The notes under the pieces are model-generated. The model made no database searches. It had not been told where the DNA came from and worked only from the letters and a program-made list of their open reading frames with translations. A DNA stretch of 64,000 bases from Phoronis australis (lineage: Eukaryota; Animalia; Phoronida): contig NMRA01000104.1 in NCBI GenBank assembly GCA_002633005.1, forward strand, positions 618,841-682,840, in the 5' to 3' direction. This document shows positions 22,975 to 37,900 of the stretch, in pieces (the stretch's first letter is position 1; each line of letters begins with the position of its first letter). A program made the position numbers and the translations under genes.

Positions 22975-25900
22975 CTACACAAAATTATCACAGCCCTCCA
23001 TCAGCACCAGTTTAGTGTGACCAGTGGGAGAGAAGACCGTGTCCTTTGAATGTGTATGGATGTCACCCGTCTCCAAATTGGTTTTCAATGGGGTCACAGC
23101 GTAGCGCCCACTCTCATGTGGATTCATCTGTCCAGTGTTGGTCTGTCCACAATCTTGGTCAGCATCAACCACCTTAAAGGTCAACCATAATCAGGTCAAG
23201 TGAAAAATGAACTGACATCTACCATGCCTTTACCACAGAAATTTTTTATAATCTTCATTTACATATTATGTATTTCCCTATCAGGCAACAACATAATTTA
23301 GATCTAAATATTTTCCAATAGATATGGTATTGACTTCCATTTAGAATAGGAAACTTCAATTTTAACTAGTCTTATTGATCTAACCCTTCTGTGTTTACAT
23401 TTGTTTTTCTATGTATTTGTAAATAGATGGTTCAGTATATTACGTACTATGGTGCTTTGCAATAAACATTGTCTTTGCAATTCTGATATCTGTCATTAAT
23501 GGTCCTCTTTTTGTCTACATTATGTTAACCTGCCTGCATATACTGATATTGATTTTAGGGCAGTAATTGTATCACTTCTTGTATTTTTCGTAGACAAAAT
23601 AAACACTACGAAAGGCTGCAACCAGAGGTTTAATTGGTGGTGATGGGGGGATTTTTGACTCAATCAAAAAATCTCCCCCAAAAGGCATAGACATCTTTGA
23701 GTGAAGACCCTGCCATCACATATATCTTGTAATGAAGATAGGAGCGAGTTCGAACATCGAAGGAACCTTAGTAGGACAGAGAAGAGTTACCTTAGTGAAA
23801 CCCTTTGTGTCACAGTCTGTCACAGGTGTACTGGTGAGATGCTTTACTTTGGCGCCACCTACAGTGTTAAATAAACCCAGCCATTACACAGCATTTTATA
23901 TTTCTAAAACCACACTCAACACTATTATATACTTTTTAACACACTTTCAGCAACAATATTCATAACACCTTTTTTGTGGCTTTTCTTAACCCAAGTGGTT
24001 CGCAAATTGGCACACGCACCTAAGTTTCACATAAAAGCCCATACATAAATTCGCATATAGACACACTCATTTTGTATATAAAAATTGACTAGCTTTTCAT
24101 GAACAACATTTTACCATGATATTGCTGTGCCCCTTTAGGTCCATGGGCCTATATCCAAAATAATGCCTTTTTCGTGACCTGCTTTTTACTAAGTAGTTCG
24201 CATATACGGTAAGTGCAATTCCGCACACAAACACTCATGGGCCTAATGATGCAGTAATAGAGCACAAGCCCATTTTTCATCTAAACACCTTTGATTTATG
24301 CCATCTGCAGAGTTATGAAATTAGTTTCAACGTGACTTCAAAGAGGTGATTTCTGGGTTTAGGAGAACCAAAAGTTTGTCATTGCTGGAAACCAAACTCA
24401 TTTAAGTCGTCTTGTCAAGGTTGGTCACTTTAAGACAATAATGGTCCCATGTACTAACAAATGATCGGATCATTCCAAGCCTCAAAATCCACTTTAACCT
24501 GAATAAGAAACAATTAAGAGACCAATGATAAGTGATCTAAATTTTTGACAGAACGTGGGATTTTACAGCAGCATTAGTAGACGAATCCAATAAATACCAG
24601 ACTAGTGTAAATTTGAACTTCACGATTAAAAATAATGCATAAAAAAGTAAACAGAGCCAAACAAGCGATCACAAATGTTTAACGACAGTTATATTACAAA
24701 CATTTTTAAGTCTCTTTGCAATATCAGTTCTATGCTGGTTTTAAGAAGTATTTATAAACTATAATTATAGTTAAAAAATCAGAATTCCAGTAATACACCT
24801 CACAGGAACCTTTTTCTTGCGAGGATACTGTGCACATACACTGCAGTTTTTTGATGACATAAGGTTATATAGTTCAGGCAAGACTGCTTTGAAAAAACAA
24901 AACTATTGTATATATCATATAGACTATCGTAACTGAAGAAGAAACAATCAAGTGTAAACGATACTTCATGATTAGACTATATACCTCGTCTGCAGCTGCT
25001 TTCTTGTCCATACTCTTCCAGAAACTGCTCTCGGAAACTCTTATTGATGATGTCACAATCTGTGAAATCCTGGTCAGTGACCCTCAAGGGTGAATGAAAC
25101 TCACGACGAGGCAATCGCCTCGTAATGCCATACTTGGGATGGGTTCTTCGTGGTGACCCTCTTAGCTGAATTGGTTGCAGGCCACCAGGTGTCATGGTCA
25201 TCTGTAGTCTTGTTCTCTTGTCCCAATCAGTGTTGAGCTCGTCATCGATAAAGAACTCTTCAGGATTTTCCACTGCATCCTGGCCGCAAATAAGAAATCA
25301 GTAAGAGTCAACTAACCAAATGAATGAGAGCAAATAGGAACAAAGGCAAGATGAATTTTTGAGGAAGTAACTATGGATCCTAATTTAGCTGAAGATTTAC
25401 TGGTTGATGTTTTCTAAGAAGTGTTAACATTTCATGTAGCGAAACTATGAATAAAAGGGTCACGTTTGCAAGTGCTGAAAAGGAAAACAAAAAGAACATT
25501 TTAAGAATTTGTGCGGGAATTTGCCACATGGTTTTGAAAGCGTGAAACGACGTCATTAGATAAAGGAATGTTGGTTAATATATGATGAATGGCTAGGACT
25601 GATTTGAACTAGTTGATTTTGCACCTTAATCCTGCTAAGAGGTGGCATCACAGAGAGTTGCCTATGGACTGTCTTGTAGGTCTACCATCAGTCCACAATT
25701 TTTACTTTCATTTTCATTTACTGCTTCAAATGAACAATAACTGTGAACCGAGACACTAGGGGACTCTGCACATCATGTCACAAAGTGGCAAAACCACAAA
25801 AAGCAGGGCAGTGAAGCAGTTGTGTAACTTGCTCACTTCTAAAGATTACCATGGTTCCAGATACTGTGCTTACCCGTCAATCATCAATTAAACGGAGACG

Positions 25901-28900
25901 GGGTAACAAAGAGAATACAGAATGCCTCAGGAAAAAAATAAAGCAAAATAATTTTTTCAAATTTAATAAAAGATAAAATCAAGTAAACTGAAGAAATATT
26001 AAAAAAGATTCAGGCAAATTTGAGAAGATTATCCGATCTTCAGACCTAAATACTCCCAACTATGTAATCCTTCATCTCAATATACAACAAGCTCACAACA
26101 CTGAATGTTACTACATTACATCCCGTTATCCCGTTAGCAGTTGTTATCAAAACTCACAGACTCATCTTCGGAGCAGCAGGCCAGTTGTTTGGGTTTAGTG
26201 TCTTCAATGAACACTCCTTCTGAAGCTGCATCTGATCAAACCAATAGAGACAACGGGTGGGTGAAGGGAATGAGTAATATACCCCACAGATATGTTTGAC
26301 AGTAACATAACGAACGTTATGACATCATGACGATTCATGTTCATGGTGCACTGATTAAGTTACGGATTTGGGATTGACCAAAACGAGCAGAACTCTAACA
26401 GTTTACCAATAGAAGTTAACTATTATAGATTCTTAAATTATGTCAAAATGTTTTCAAAACAGCAGTCACATTTTATAGAGTGAACTTACCTGAATTGGCA
26501 TTCTTGATGGTGGAGCCCTCACTTGGGCTGTAGTAAGGGTCCTGCAGTGCTGGAGCCCCTGTGTTTAACTTCCCTTGAGTGGCAGGAGCATCCCATTGAG
26601 ACTCACTATCATGGTGGTTTTCTCTCTCACACACTGTAATACATTACTGGCCATTGAATCATCATAATATGTAAAACAAATAATGTTATTACAAATCAAA
26701 CCCTTCTAAGTTACGACGAAAGAAAACAAAGACTAAACAATAAGTAAGGCAAATTTACAGTATGAAGAGAAAAAAGATGAAATGTTGCATTAACAAACGA
26801 TTTGGTCAGCTCACTAAATGTTTGTTCCTGTAATGTGACTTACCACAAAGACAGCAAAACTTAGCTAAATGTGTGATGACAAAATTTGTTGAATTTAGTG
26901 AGAGCAAGAGGTAGTCACAGGGCGACCAAAATTGTTCACAAATTTACATGGTAATGACTTTTTGTGTAAAAATAAACCCAAGAAATATCTTGGCAACACC
27001 CTACTTCAAACATATCTCAAAATGATTGCTCAACTACAATTCCCAAAAATTTCAAATGAGATAAAGTTACAGAGCTTTAAAACTGAACCTTCATACAGTG
27101 CATCATGTGATGTAGCTTCGACATTTCTTGCAGTGACATTGCCAAAATATTCCCTACTTACATATCGGTGCAACGTGTGAATTAAGAATTATAAATTAAA
27201 CTTATTTCTTGAGATATTGCATCAACATTTTCCAAATAAAATTCTTAAATTTCTTGCTATTATCCTGAAAATGATGTCAATGATTGCAAGTTCCAACTAA
27301 CCCCCCCCCCCCGAGATACTACAACAACACCTTGGTACAAAATAAGAAAAAAATGTAAAGCTTCCTCTAAAGGTACTAAAGGTATTGTAACAACAAAATT
27401 TTAAGAGTAGAACTCTCGAATTTTTCACTTGATCTTTGAGAACAACATCAAGGGTGCCGAATTTCACTGGCAGCTACACCTTGGTTAATATTACTGTAAA
27501 TTTCTCTTTTAGAGTTCTTGAGTCAACAACACTTTCAAAGTGAAAACCTGACGACTTTGAAAGTGAGGTCAATATAGCAAATGTGACTGGCGCCTGAAGA
27601 ATCTCCCCTGCTAACAACATTTCCAAGTTGAACTTCTAAATTTCTCGTTATAAACTAGAAAATGAGGTCAAGAGCTGTAAAATCAACTAACGCCTAGATA
27701 TGGCCCGCCTACAACATGGCAAAAAATATAAAGCTGCCATCTTGAGATATCATGATGACATTTTCCCAAATCAAAACTTTATCTTTTTAATGTCAAGGTC
27801 ACCAAAATGGTCTGACACCTGAAGTTGTCCCACTTACACCTCGTTACACAAAGAGTGACCTTTATAAGCTTTCCCCATGAGATATTGTGCCAAGGAGTGG
27901 TTGTCAGTATTATGACCTATTCTTTGTTCCAACGACCGGCGGGAGACAAAAACAGCAACAGATTTAATATCAACCTCGTACAATTCTCAACGTTTTGTTA
28001 CAAGAATGTGCACGTACCAGAATCCTGCATTGTTGTTACGTCTGTAACTTCACATTCTTTTCCAACCACACTACAATGGAAACATATTGACAGGAATTGA
28101 GACAAAGAAAATATTCCAATTAATTTCTAATCATACACAAAGTCGGAAACACACGTCCACACACGCGCACATACAAACACAATACATTCATCTTTCTGAC
28201 TAAAACCGCTTGCAACAACTACTGAAAGTGTCAGAATTGCAAACAAACTTAAAGAAAAGCACTGTCTTGTTGGTACCTGCGATTACCACAACATTTCATT
28301 ACAAGCTGATACAACTTTCTTTTTCTTTACTAGATATTTGGTTTTGAAAACACAAACTCATAACATTCTTGCACCTCCTATCACTGTCTAATTATGAGAT
28401 ATTTATCCAATTAAGAGAAAAGATAAACATTCATTTATCATTTAATATGTAAATCCACAGAATGGCTAAATAAAAACAGACAGAATAAAGAAAGAAGATT
28501 TAGCTTGAAAGACAAGGCAAGATAAAACAAGTACACTAGATGGCCAGCTTTACCCAGCATGTGATTAGCACTAACTGTAACTGTTAAGTGCATGTCTTCA
28601 GTAAAACTCCTCAACTATTGGTAACTTATGATAAGTTGAAGAATGATGTAAACGTAGTTTATCAACAGCCACAGCTGTTTGTCCTCACCATTTGGACTGT
28701 GAAGTAGACAGGGACCCTGTTCCACCATTGTTGTCTCCCTCAGACAAGCCAGACGTTAAAGAACTCAGTTTAATTGACGCGGCTTTCTTAATCACTGTAT
28801 CCCCGGAAGCAGTTGTTCTCTGTAAGGAAGTCTAAGGTTAGAATTTCGTACCATAGCACAAAATTAACTTTCAACTGTTACAAAATACTAATAAATAAGA

Positions 28901-31900
28901 TATATCTGTGGCCTTTATTATTAATACTTAAATTGCCAGGGCTTGTAACTTTCCTCCTTTAAGAGGATTTCCTTCTTTTTGGTTTTGATTTCCTCGATTT
29001 CCAGTTTCCTCTTTTTTGTCTCCTTTTAATCATTATTTTGACTTCATTCACACAAAGACGTGTATTTCAGTTAAATTTTGCAGCACAAAAGTGTTTCTAC
29101 CACACAAGCGCATTTATTTGTGGAACAACATATCACCTGGAAAATTTTCTTCTTTTTTGTCATTAGTCATTCCAAGCCCTGAATTGCCAACCAACACAGT
29201 GCAATCGGCTATACACAAACACAGCCACCTTGGTGACATTGCATTGATGTAGAATGTGACGTACTAAATAACCTTATATACAAAAGTTCCAAAAGAACCC
29301 TTTAATGTTGAAAGACTAGTAGTACTAACAGAGAACCACAAGTATGTATCAGTTGAAAATTAACAAGAACACGCCGGCATACCGTAGAGTCTGAGCGTGC
29401 CTCTGAAGTATCCTGTCCCCTGGAGGTGAGGTTGGGCGTGGACAAGCCCACTCTGTGTACAGTCTCCACCATCTCTCTTTGACCATGCAATACAGCTTGC
29501 TTCATCTTGTGCTAGCGGGTACACCACAGAGCATAACAATGTTGGACACAAACAGTTGACTACACCAAGAATACAGAACAGTGATCATACTACAGTAGGG
29601 ATAGTGAACAGTGGTCAGATTTAACCAGAGACGATGAACAATGGTAAAACTACACCAGAGAGAGTGAACACTGCTTAGATAACACATCAGGGATAATGAA
29701 CACAGGTCAGAAATGAGACACTACTTCTAACATCAAGTAATTATCTATTAGTACTACTACTGTTACAATCTACTTTACACTTTATTCACCTTGATAAATC
29801 AATATCTTGCCATTTACTGAACCTAAAACAGGCACACAGGAAAATAAGATGAAAAGTCTAATTTTGAAATACTTGAAAAATACTTAATGACAAAAATGTT
29901 TACCTCCAGCACATGAGACTGGAAGCGAGTGACGAGGGAGCTGACTCGGATGTCACTCTTAGCCAAGCCATGTTTGGTAGGTGACCATGAGCCAGGCTTG
30001 ACATCGTCTGAAGGCAACCCTTGTATCTCTGACTTGTTGACGGGGTCTGACCTAAGCAAAATGAAACAGGAAAATTTAGTTAATATTTAGTTCACATTAT
30101 AATTGACCCCATCTACATAACATTCATTAAAAAGAAACAGTTCACATTATTTGGTCAGATAAAATAGTGCAACATCAACATAAGCATGGTAAAGTCAGTA
30201 CAAAATATGTCTTTTAACTGGTACAACTACTCCTGAATGCCAGAAACAAATAAATACATTAAATTTACAAAATTACAAGAAAAGCAAAAAAATGTCAGTG
30301 CATTATTTCCAGTATTTTACTATATTTTTATCAGACACAGCATACAATGAAGACTACTTTCTCTCATTCAGAAAATCCACAGATAGATGAAGATAATAAT
30401 TGCTTACTTTGTTTTGTCACCGATTTCCTCATTCCCAGCCTTCACCATCCCTGCTGCACTGTGAGGTCGAACAATCAAGCCTCCTTCGATACTGGTGCGA
30501 TGGCTGGCTGGTTTGTAATAGTCAACATCAAAACTGCCAATACCACAAATTGACCTGTTCACAATAAATGGCAGCGTTAAAGCAATATCATTCTTCAACT
30601 GAAACAGGAGTTGCCAAGTTGCATAATCAAGTATTAAGTAATAACAAAACCATGTTAAAAAGCAACAATTTCCAGGTGAACAACTGAGTCAGAAAATCAA
30701 GCCGCCCAGATCAATGATAGGTCGCCCAATTTTTTAAGTAGAATGCTTTTCATGAGTCAACAGTTAATACATTCCCCACTGGCATAGCCTACCAAGTTAC
30801 TACCAAACTTCTTAAACAGTGAGGTGCAGGTTTCAACAAAAGTCTGGGACAGATCGGACCCAATTTCACTATGCTCTATTGCATTGCGCCATTGATAAAC
30901 CTTCACAGCCTCAGCCGACACAAGTGAAAGAGAGCGTGTACCTGCGTCTCCCCTGCACAGTGCGGCCAGTTATGCTGCTATTGACTTCTTCTTCGGGGCT
31001 CTTGTATGGCCCATTAGGCCACGACGGCTTCTTGGTTCTTGGTGTAGTCTTCATCCCAGCCAGAGTGGTATAGACTGTGCATGGCTGCTCCGTGTGATTC
31101 CTATAAACGAGTCAAGTATTGCATGGAATCTAATGAATTTCATTCGTGGATGACATTCAACTTGAATTGTGGAGAATACTGAGGTATACCTAAACTTCAA
31201 CATAAACTGGGTATTTATAAATTTTAATTGCAGACGTGTGCAGGCTGCCCATGGGGGCCCATTCACCTGGAACTATTTTTGTGCTTTATTAATATATAGT
31301 TAAAACCGAGCTGAGGAGCTAGAAACCTGACTCAAGGGTCTAGCAGTGTGGCCCAGAACCCACGCCCTTGAGTAAAGAAGGCGGATACCTATCGCATTAG
31401 GCCACACTGCCTCCTCTTAAAACTGGGTGTTGGTGACTGGCAAGCTTAACTACCATGTACATACACACCACCACCACAACTAAAGATGACCTACCTGTTG
31501 AACAGAGTAGTGCTACTTGTCTGACTACTGACATGAGTCTTATCATCCATCGTGGGTAACTTCTCATACACTTGAGTGCCAATGGATACATTGTGATAAC
31601 TGGTCTGTACTGACACTGCCTTGCTCTCACTCATTCCTGAACCTCCGTCTCTGTTCTGAGTGGTCACACTGCTGACGCCACCAACATCCGTACCAGCATA
31701 CCTCGTGTTGGCAATAGGACTCGACTGATTGGACTCACACTTAGTGGTTCTGCTTAGTGATCGCCGAGGGGTAATAGGAGGCCGGATGTTGACAGATGAT
31801 GACTGCTGGCCATCATCAGCAACACTTGAGAATTTCCTACAAAATGTCAACATGTCAAACAATGAATGAGTTAAGGCAATTGGATACCTTCCCTACCAAA

Positions 31901-34900
31901 GGGTCACACTTTTTATATGTGTTTTAAAATGCTACTCGTCAACCCATGACACCACATTTTTGTTTAATCACAGAAACCTACTACGTGCACAAAAATAATG
32001 CTTTATTTTTTGTAGTTAGGAGAATAAGTTTTTCTTAAAAAATGTGATTTTTTCAAGTTCGTCACAAAATAATTCGCAGCTGCCATAACAAAATTGGAAA
32101 GAAACCTGAAAATTCTATTTCTATATTCTAATAGCTAAAATCAGGTGTTTGGAAAAAATTAGCAAGGTTTATTAAAAACAAAAAACTAGAAGTCAAGAAG
32201 CAAGACTGTTTTTTTCAGTGAAATGATCAACATAACATACATAGAAGGTTCTTTAAATATACAACGCATGCTTCTTTTCAGCTTATTTTGGCAGTTACAT
32301 AAGAAGTAATTCACGCAAAGAAGCAACGCTGCCAAAAACTGAAACTGAATTACGCCACGTAAGCTCAACAGACCAGTTTCATGACAATCTTTAACGTAAT
32401 AGGTAGGACTGTGTTACCAACAAGAAATTTGAAAGCCGACTCACTAACATGCTTCAGAGTGTATTGAGGTTGACCAACACTAATGGTGAGTGTACGCAAT
32501 GGATATAATTTGAGTTGTCAGCTCATTTTGCTACAATTCATATTCGGACAAGTGTGGTAATTAGTTTAAACCAAAGTGCTGAGAATTTAACACCGATAAC
32601 TAGACAACGACAAAAAGTAGGTTTAATAACATACAAGAACCCACTGAGTTAATTCATCCTCCCCACCAAGATTTATTGCCTGGATTGAAATTTAGATACT
32701 TTGTAAATTAAGCCAAGACTTACAAATTAGCGTCAGCTGAAGACAGAGGAGAGGCCACTTTATTAAACAACTTGCGTCGCTTTTCACTTCCTTCAGCACT
32801 CCTACCATCAACATCATCTAGGTCTTCAAATGAGTCATCTGTGTTCAACAAGGGACTGCTAAAGGAGAAAAAGACAGAAGGAATGAGAGGACGTGATTTT
32901 GGCTAGTTTTTTCTTGACGCGAAAAAACTATTGAACTTGACCCAGTATTAGACTCACTGGTAAAATAACCACTGTTTGCAAAATGTACAGGATAAAGGCA
33001 GACGTAATAACCAACAACAGGCATGAGAACCAGCAACGGTACTATGAAATACACCAAGTACAACACTAACAGAGATGCACATTACACAGCAGACAATTAC
33101 CGTGTGAAACTTGGCCTTGCTGCTTTAGGAGGACTGATCATGTTGGCTTTCTTGTACTTGGTGATGATTGGTCGGTCAACATTAACCAATGATACACTAG
33201 TGTTACCCTCGTCTCCTGCCCCGCAACTAGTGGTATGTAAAAGTGAGTCGTGGCCACTCAGGCGTGACTGTTTACGTCCAACTGATCTAACTACACTAGT
33301 CTCCAATGGACTCTTTGCACAACCTGGTGATTCTCTCAAAGCTTGTGAGTATGAAGCAAACACTTCATCATCTCTACAACTAGTACAGGCACTGGCGCGG
33401 TCACGCATAGCTTGACCAGTGACATCACTACCAGCTTGACTCCGCAGACTTGTGTGTGCAAACGATGATCTAGACATGCCATCTTCACCAACGTTGCCCA
33501 AATCATCAAAGCTGCTGTCATTCGAGTGGCCCGCCAACCCCTGATTTTTCTTATCGCTGCGGCTTAACTTCAACTCAGACCTGTTGAAATAAACAATCAA
33601 ATTCTTGGACTCAGTTATTTTTCATTATCAAAACGAAGTTGATGTGGTTGCAACTGAACTAGCAAAAACTAGACAAAGAATGGTGTTAACAAAATGAGCC
33701 TTAAGTTGGTTTATGGTAGCTGAGAACTAAGACAAACTACCTCGAGCCCAGCTGAGCCATCATAGTAAATTATTACAACATTCATCGCTTGCAGCTAATT
33801 CTCCAGTGGCTTGGCACATCCACTTTTAAAACACAATCTACACAGTAGTCATTTGACGACAGCGTATTACCTTAACCTCATGGTTCGACAGGTGAATGGT
33901 TGTGCAGGTGAGTTGATCACATAAAACAGGTCACCAATGTTGGAAATACTGCTGTTGTTATGGTTATTAGATCCACCAAGCTGCGTAATTTTCTGTAATG
34001 AAACAAGTACTGAAATATGAGACAGAAAGAAAGTTGTCCGTTTTCTTGGCAGCTCAGAGACTGGACCATGGGCCTTGGTTAGGAAAGACATTAAAGGTAA
34101 CCCTGGGGTCTGTTTCAAGACTTAAGAAATTTGGTCTATTTCTAAAAATATTTATTAAAACACATTATTTTGAGCAAAAATACAAAGTCTCTGAGAAAAA
34201 AAATATCTGCTAGTTATTGAGATAGTTTCTGTTATTTCTAGACTGTGATGCACTCATAATTTCTTGGCTAAACTTTCATTCAGCAATTGTGAAACAGGAG
34301 TATGAGACAAAATTTCTGTCTAAGATTTCAGTCACATCCATATTAAGACAGACCCCCGGTGTGTATAAGTAGATTCAAACAGATACACAATGATTATTCT
34401 TGCCACCCAAGTATAAAACATTCAGGCAGGCAGACATATAACAATCTACCTTTGGCATACTGTGCAGCAAGTCCCTCATCTCTTCAAAATTGATCTTGCG
34501 GTCTTGAGGACTAATAGAGAGCCCATATTCTAATATCTCTTGCAATATCTCCGGGCACCCCTCCACAGACAGGCTTTCCTGGTTAGTAATCAATTGCTCA
34601 ACCACATGGTTTGCATCAAGGCCTGACCAGGGAATTTCACCTTAAATAACACAACATTTGGCATCAGCTTAAATGATAACAAGGCAAAATGCATTTGGCA
34701 GTCACAGGACAGTTAACAAAACAAAAAAAATCATACATCCAAGATCTGTGTACATCCTAGCAATAAAGAAAGATGCATCATGAGAATGTACACAGAAATG
34801 AAAAGGCGACGGTGGGTAATTTATTACGATAGAATAGTAAAACAAAATATAGTGAAAAATAATACTTTACATAAACTAAATTCTGTTAATTGCAACCACT

Positions 34901-37900
34901 ATGTATTTCATTTTAATAAAAAAAACAATGTCTTTTGAGTGATGAATTGTTAAAGGATTAACATTTGAACAAGATGTCCCAAATTAAAGCCATTGTCAAA
35001 GCAAAAATACAGGTTTTACCTCTGAAAAACCGAGCTTCATGTAGGATGGCATGTGCTTAACAAGCCTCAATATGTTCAGATCTTCTGAGTAATTCATTTC
35101 AGGTTTTAGTTCAACCTCAATTTAACACAATGAGAAAAATCAAATTTTCGTAGGTGAAGCCCATTGTCGGTGACATTTTTACACTATTTTACATCAAGTG
35201 TGACGTACCTTTCAGCATTTCCCACAGGACGGTACAGTAGCTGTACATGTCCGACTCTTCACAGGGGAAGCCCGTTCCTGTCAGTAGTTCAGGTGCCATC
35301 CAGTTACACACAGCGTTAGCGTTAGTGTTACTCTTCAGTGCTGTCCACTGGCGACGGTTCTCCTCTTCAGCATCTCTACACAAACAACACATTAGCTTAA
35401 TATGAATGCACAACCATCCAACTAACTCCCAAGTTCCGCAGACCCCTACATTACAGAATGACAGAATTCCTATAAAACACAGTTTCACACAGTATCAGGG
35501 CTTGGAATGACCAATGACAAAAAACGCTGAAACTTTGAAACTTTTACGGCCCAAATCATGCCCGATAACCAGCCTTGAAATGGTCAATGTGAACCTTTCC
35601 CCGACAAAAATCGGGACTAAAAAAAAAAAAAAACGTTACCACCATCAGTAGCATGCGTCTGCGTCCTTTTAGCTCGCCTGTCCAGAGCGGTAGTATTTGT
35701 CGCCGCGCTTAACAATAACACGAGACGCCATTGAAAATCCCACCACGCTGTCCCAGATGCCCCGGCAATGTTGACAATTTACGTTAATCCGAAACATAAA
35801 GAGCAACTTCCGCTTTTCGAGGTGAACGTCGTCTGCAATGCCGCGGTAAGAAAGGAATTTGCCGCGGAGATTTTATATCAAATCCGATTTTTTTACGCGG
35901 AAATATTATAAAAAAAAGCGGAAAGCACATTTGAAAAAAGCAGAAATCCGCGTTTCCACAGAAAATTCCAAGCCCTGCAGTATGCTTCAATAATTTAGTT
36001 ATCAACCAATACTGCCTGATAAACATTCCCTCGCTAAGTACTGTCTACCCTCTCTATGCTATGACCAGGTGAGCACCTACCTGTAGTTAACAGCATACTC
36101 AAAGTTGCTCAGTTTAGCTAGGTTAGGTCCCACTAACTGTACTGCGTGAGAAGTGAGTGAACAGTGCACAATGCCTCGGGAGTGAGTATAGACAAGGGCA
36201 TCAGCTATCTGAGTCATGATACTGTCAGTTGCTGTCACACTCAGGTGTTCAAACTGAAAGAACAACACAGCTACTAAACTATACACAGATAATAAACTGA
36301 TGACAAAAATATTTTGAAAGTGGGCTCTTTATTGTTATTCAAAGATCTGCTCTAGGTCCCCTTAAGGACCAGTCTTACCAAAGCCTTATACACAGTAAGA
36401 AAAACACTACATAACAAGCATTCTAAACAGTTAAACAAAGTAATTTTGCATGGCAGTTAAATAGCCTACAACAGTAGCCATACTTATACGGAATATTGTC
36501 TGGCCAGCTGTACTTACCCTCCCATGCAGAAATGATACAGAATATTGTCTAGGCATCAGTACTTACCATCTCATGCAGATATGGTGAAGAATACTGTCTG
36601 GGCAGAAGAACTTGTCTTAGCATGCAGATATGCTATCTGGGCAGCAGTACTTACCCTCTCATGCAAGAAGAAGAATAGTGATCCATATCTGACTCGTTCG
36701 TACAGAAGAACTATACTGTCCAGGTTATGTGTTTGACAGAGACCCATCAGCAATAGAATGTTGGGGTGTCGTAAATGACTAAGGTGGAGAGAAGAATGTT
36801 ATCTACATTAAGGGGACATTAGCTAATAACCTCTAAAGCCTGTTTACTAGACGGACACATTGGAGATTAAACAGCACAAAAAAGTTTTGACTAAGCGTGA
36901 ACACTCAAAACATATCGTAAAGTTTTTAAGAGAAGTGAGAGTGGAGCAGGGGTGGAACCATTACCAAAGGCTGTCGAACACTTACCACAGAGGGCGACAC
37001 ATGTCACATGAGTAATGCAGAAGTAGCACTCTTCACAAAACTCTCGCCATGCACCTTAAATACACTTAACGTACACAAACAACCCTGAATGAACACATTT
37101 TTCATGCAAGCGCCCTCTGGTGCAGGGTAAATGTAAAAGTGAGTATTGTTCGACTTTTTACCAGAAGCTCTATTTCAAGCTTTACAGGAGCATACTAGAC
37201 TTAAAAACTAAATACTGAAAATGTGAGAATAACAAACAACTAATGAATGATCTCCTTTTACACGTACCTTACAAAGTCAGACTCCTCGATGAGTAAGTCT
37301 ATAACACCACCAGCAGTGGGCTTGTGATGAAGTCGTTTCACCGTCACATGGGTCTTGTCCCAGATCATGCTGAAAATAAATACACAGAAATTATCAGAAT
37401 GTGAAATTCAACTTGACATGTAAGCAAGGACTAAACTGAAAGAGGCCATTTTGTAGATGAGATTGAAATGCATACAATCCTTTTAAGGCACACTGAGGTC
37501 TAAATATTGAAAGCACATTTGGAGGGCAGTTACTGATACTGGCAATAAGGCAGCCTGCCAGTGGGCATGTCTAACAGAAAACTGATCAAATGCTTAATAT
37601 AAATATGAAGGCCTCAACAGCCTACCAGTCTAACATTGTTCTTAGGAGTAAAGAATATTCTTAAGACTTAAACACAATACACTGGAAGCAAACACCATTT
37701 CTCCCTTGAATGTTGGCAAATGTAGAGCTTGTCTCACAACTTACCTTCCATGTCCTGAAGAAAGAAAAGGGTTTGAACACTACAACCTTATTTTACCAAT
37801 CACCATGTTCATGAATACCGGTTACAACAAAACAGCACTTAATGTTAATCTTTACTAACTGAAAGATAAGCAAGTTAGTATTGTCAGCAACAAAAGGAGA

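Noticed and set aside
33023-33415. 130-aa plus-strand ORF with a hydrophobic stretch
   Set aside because: Antisense to TEX14-like exon 33101-33580, with no independent support.
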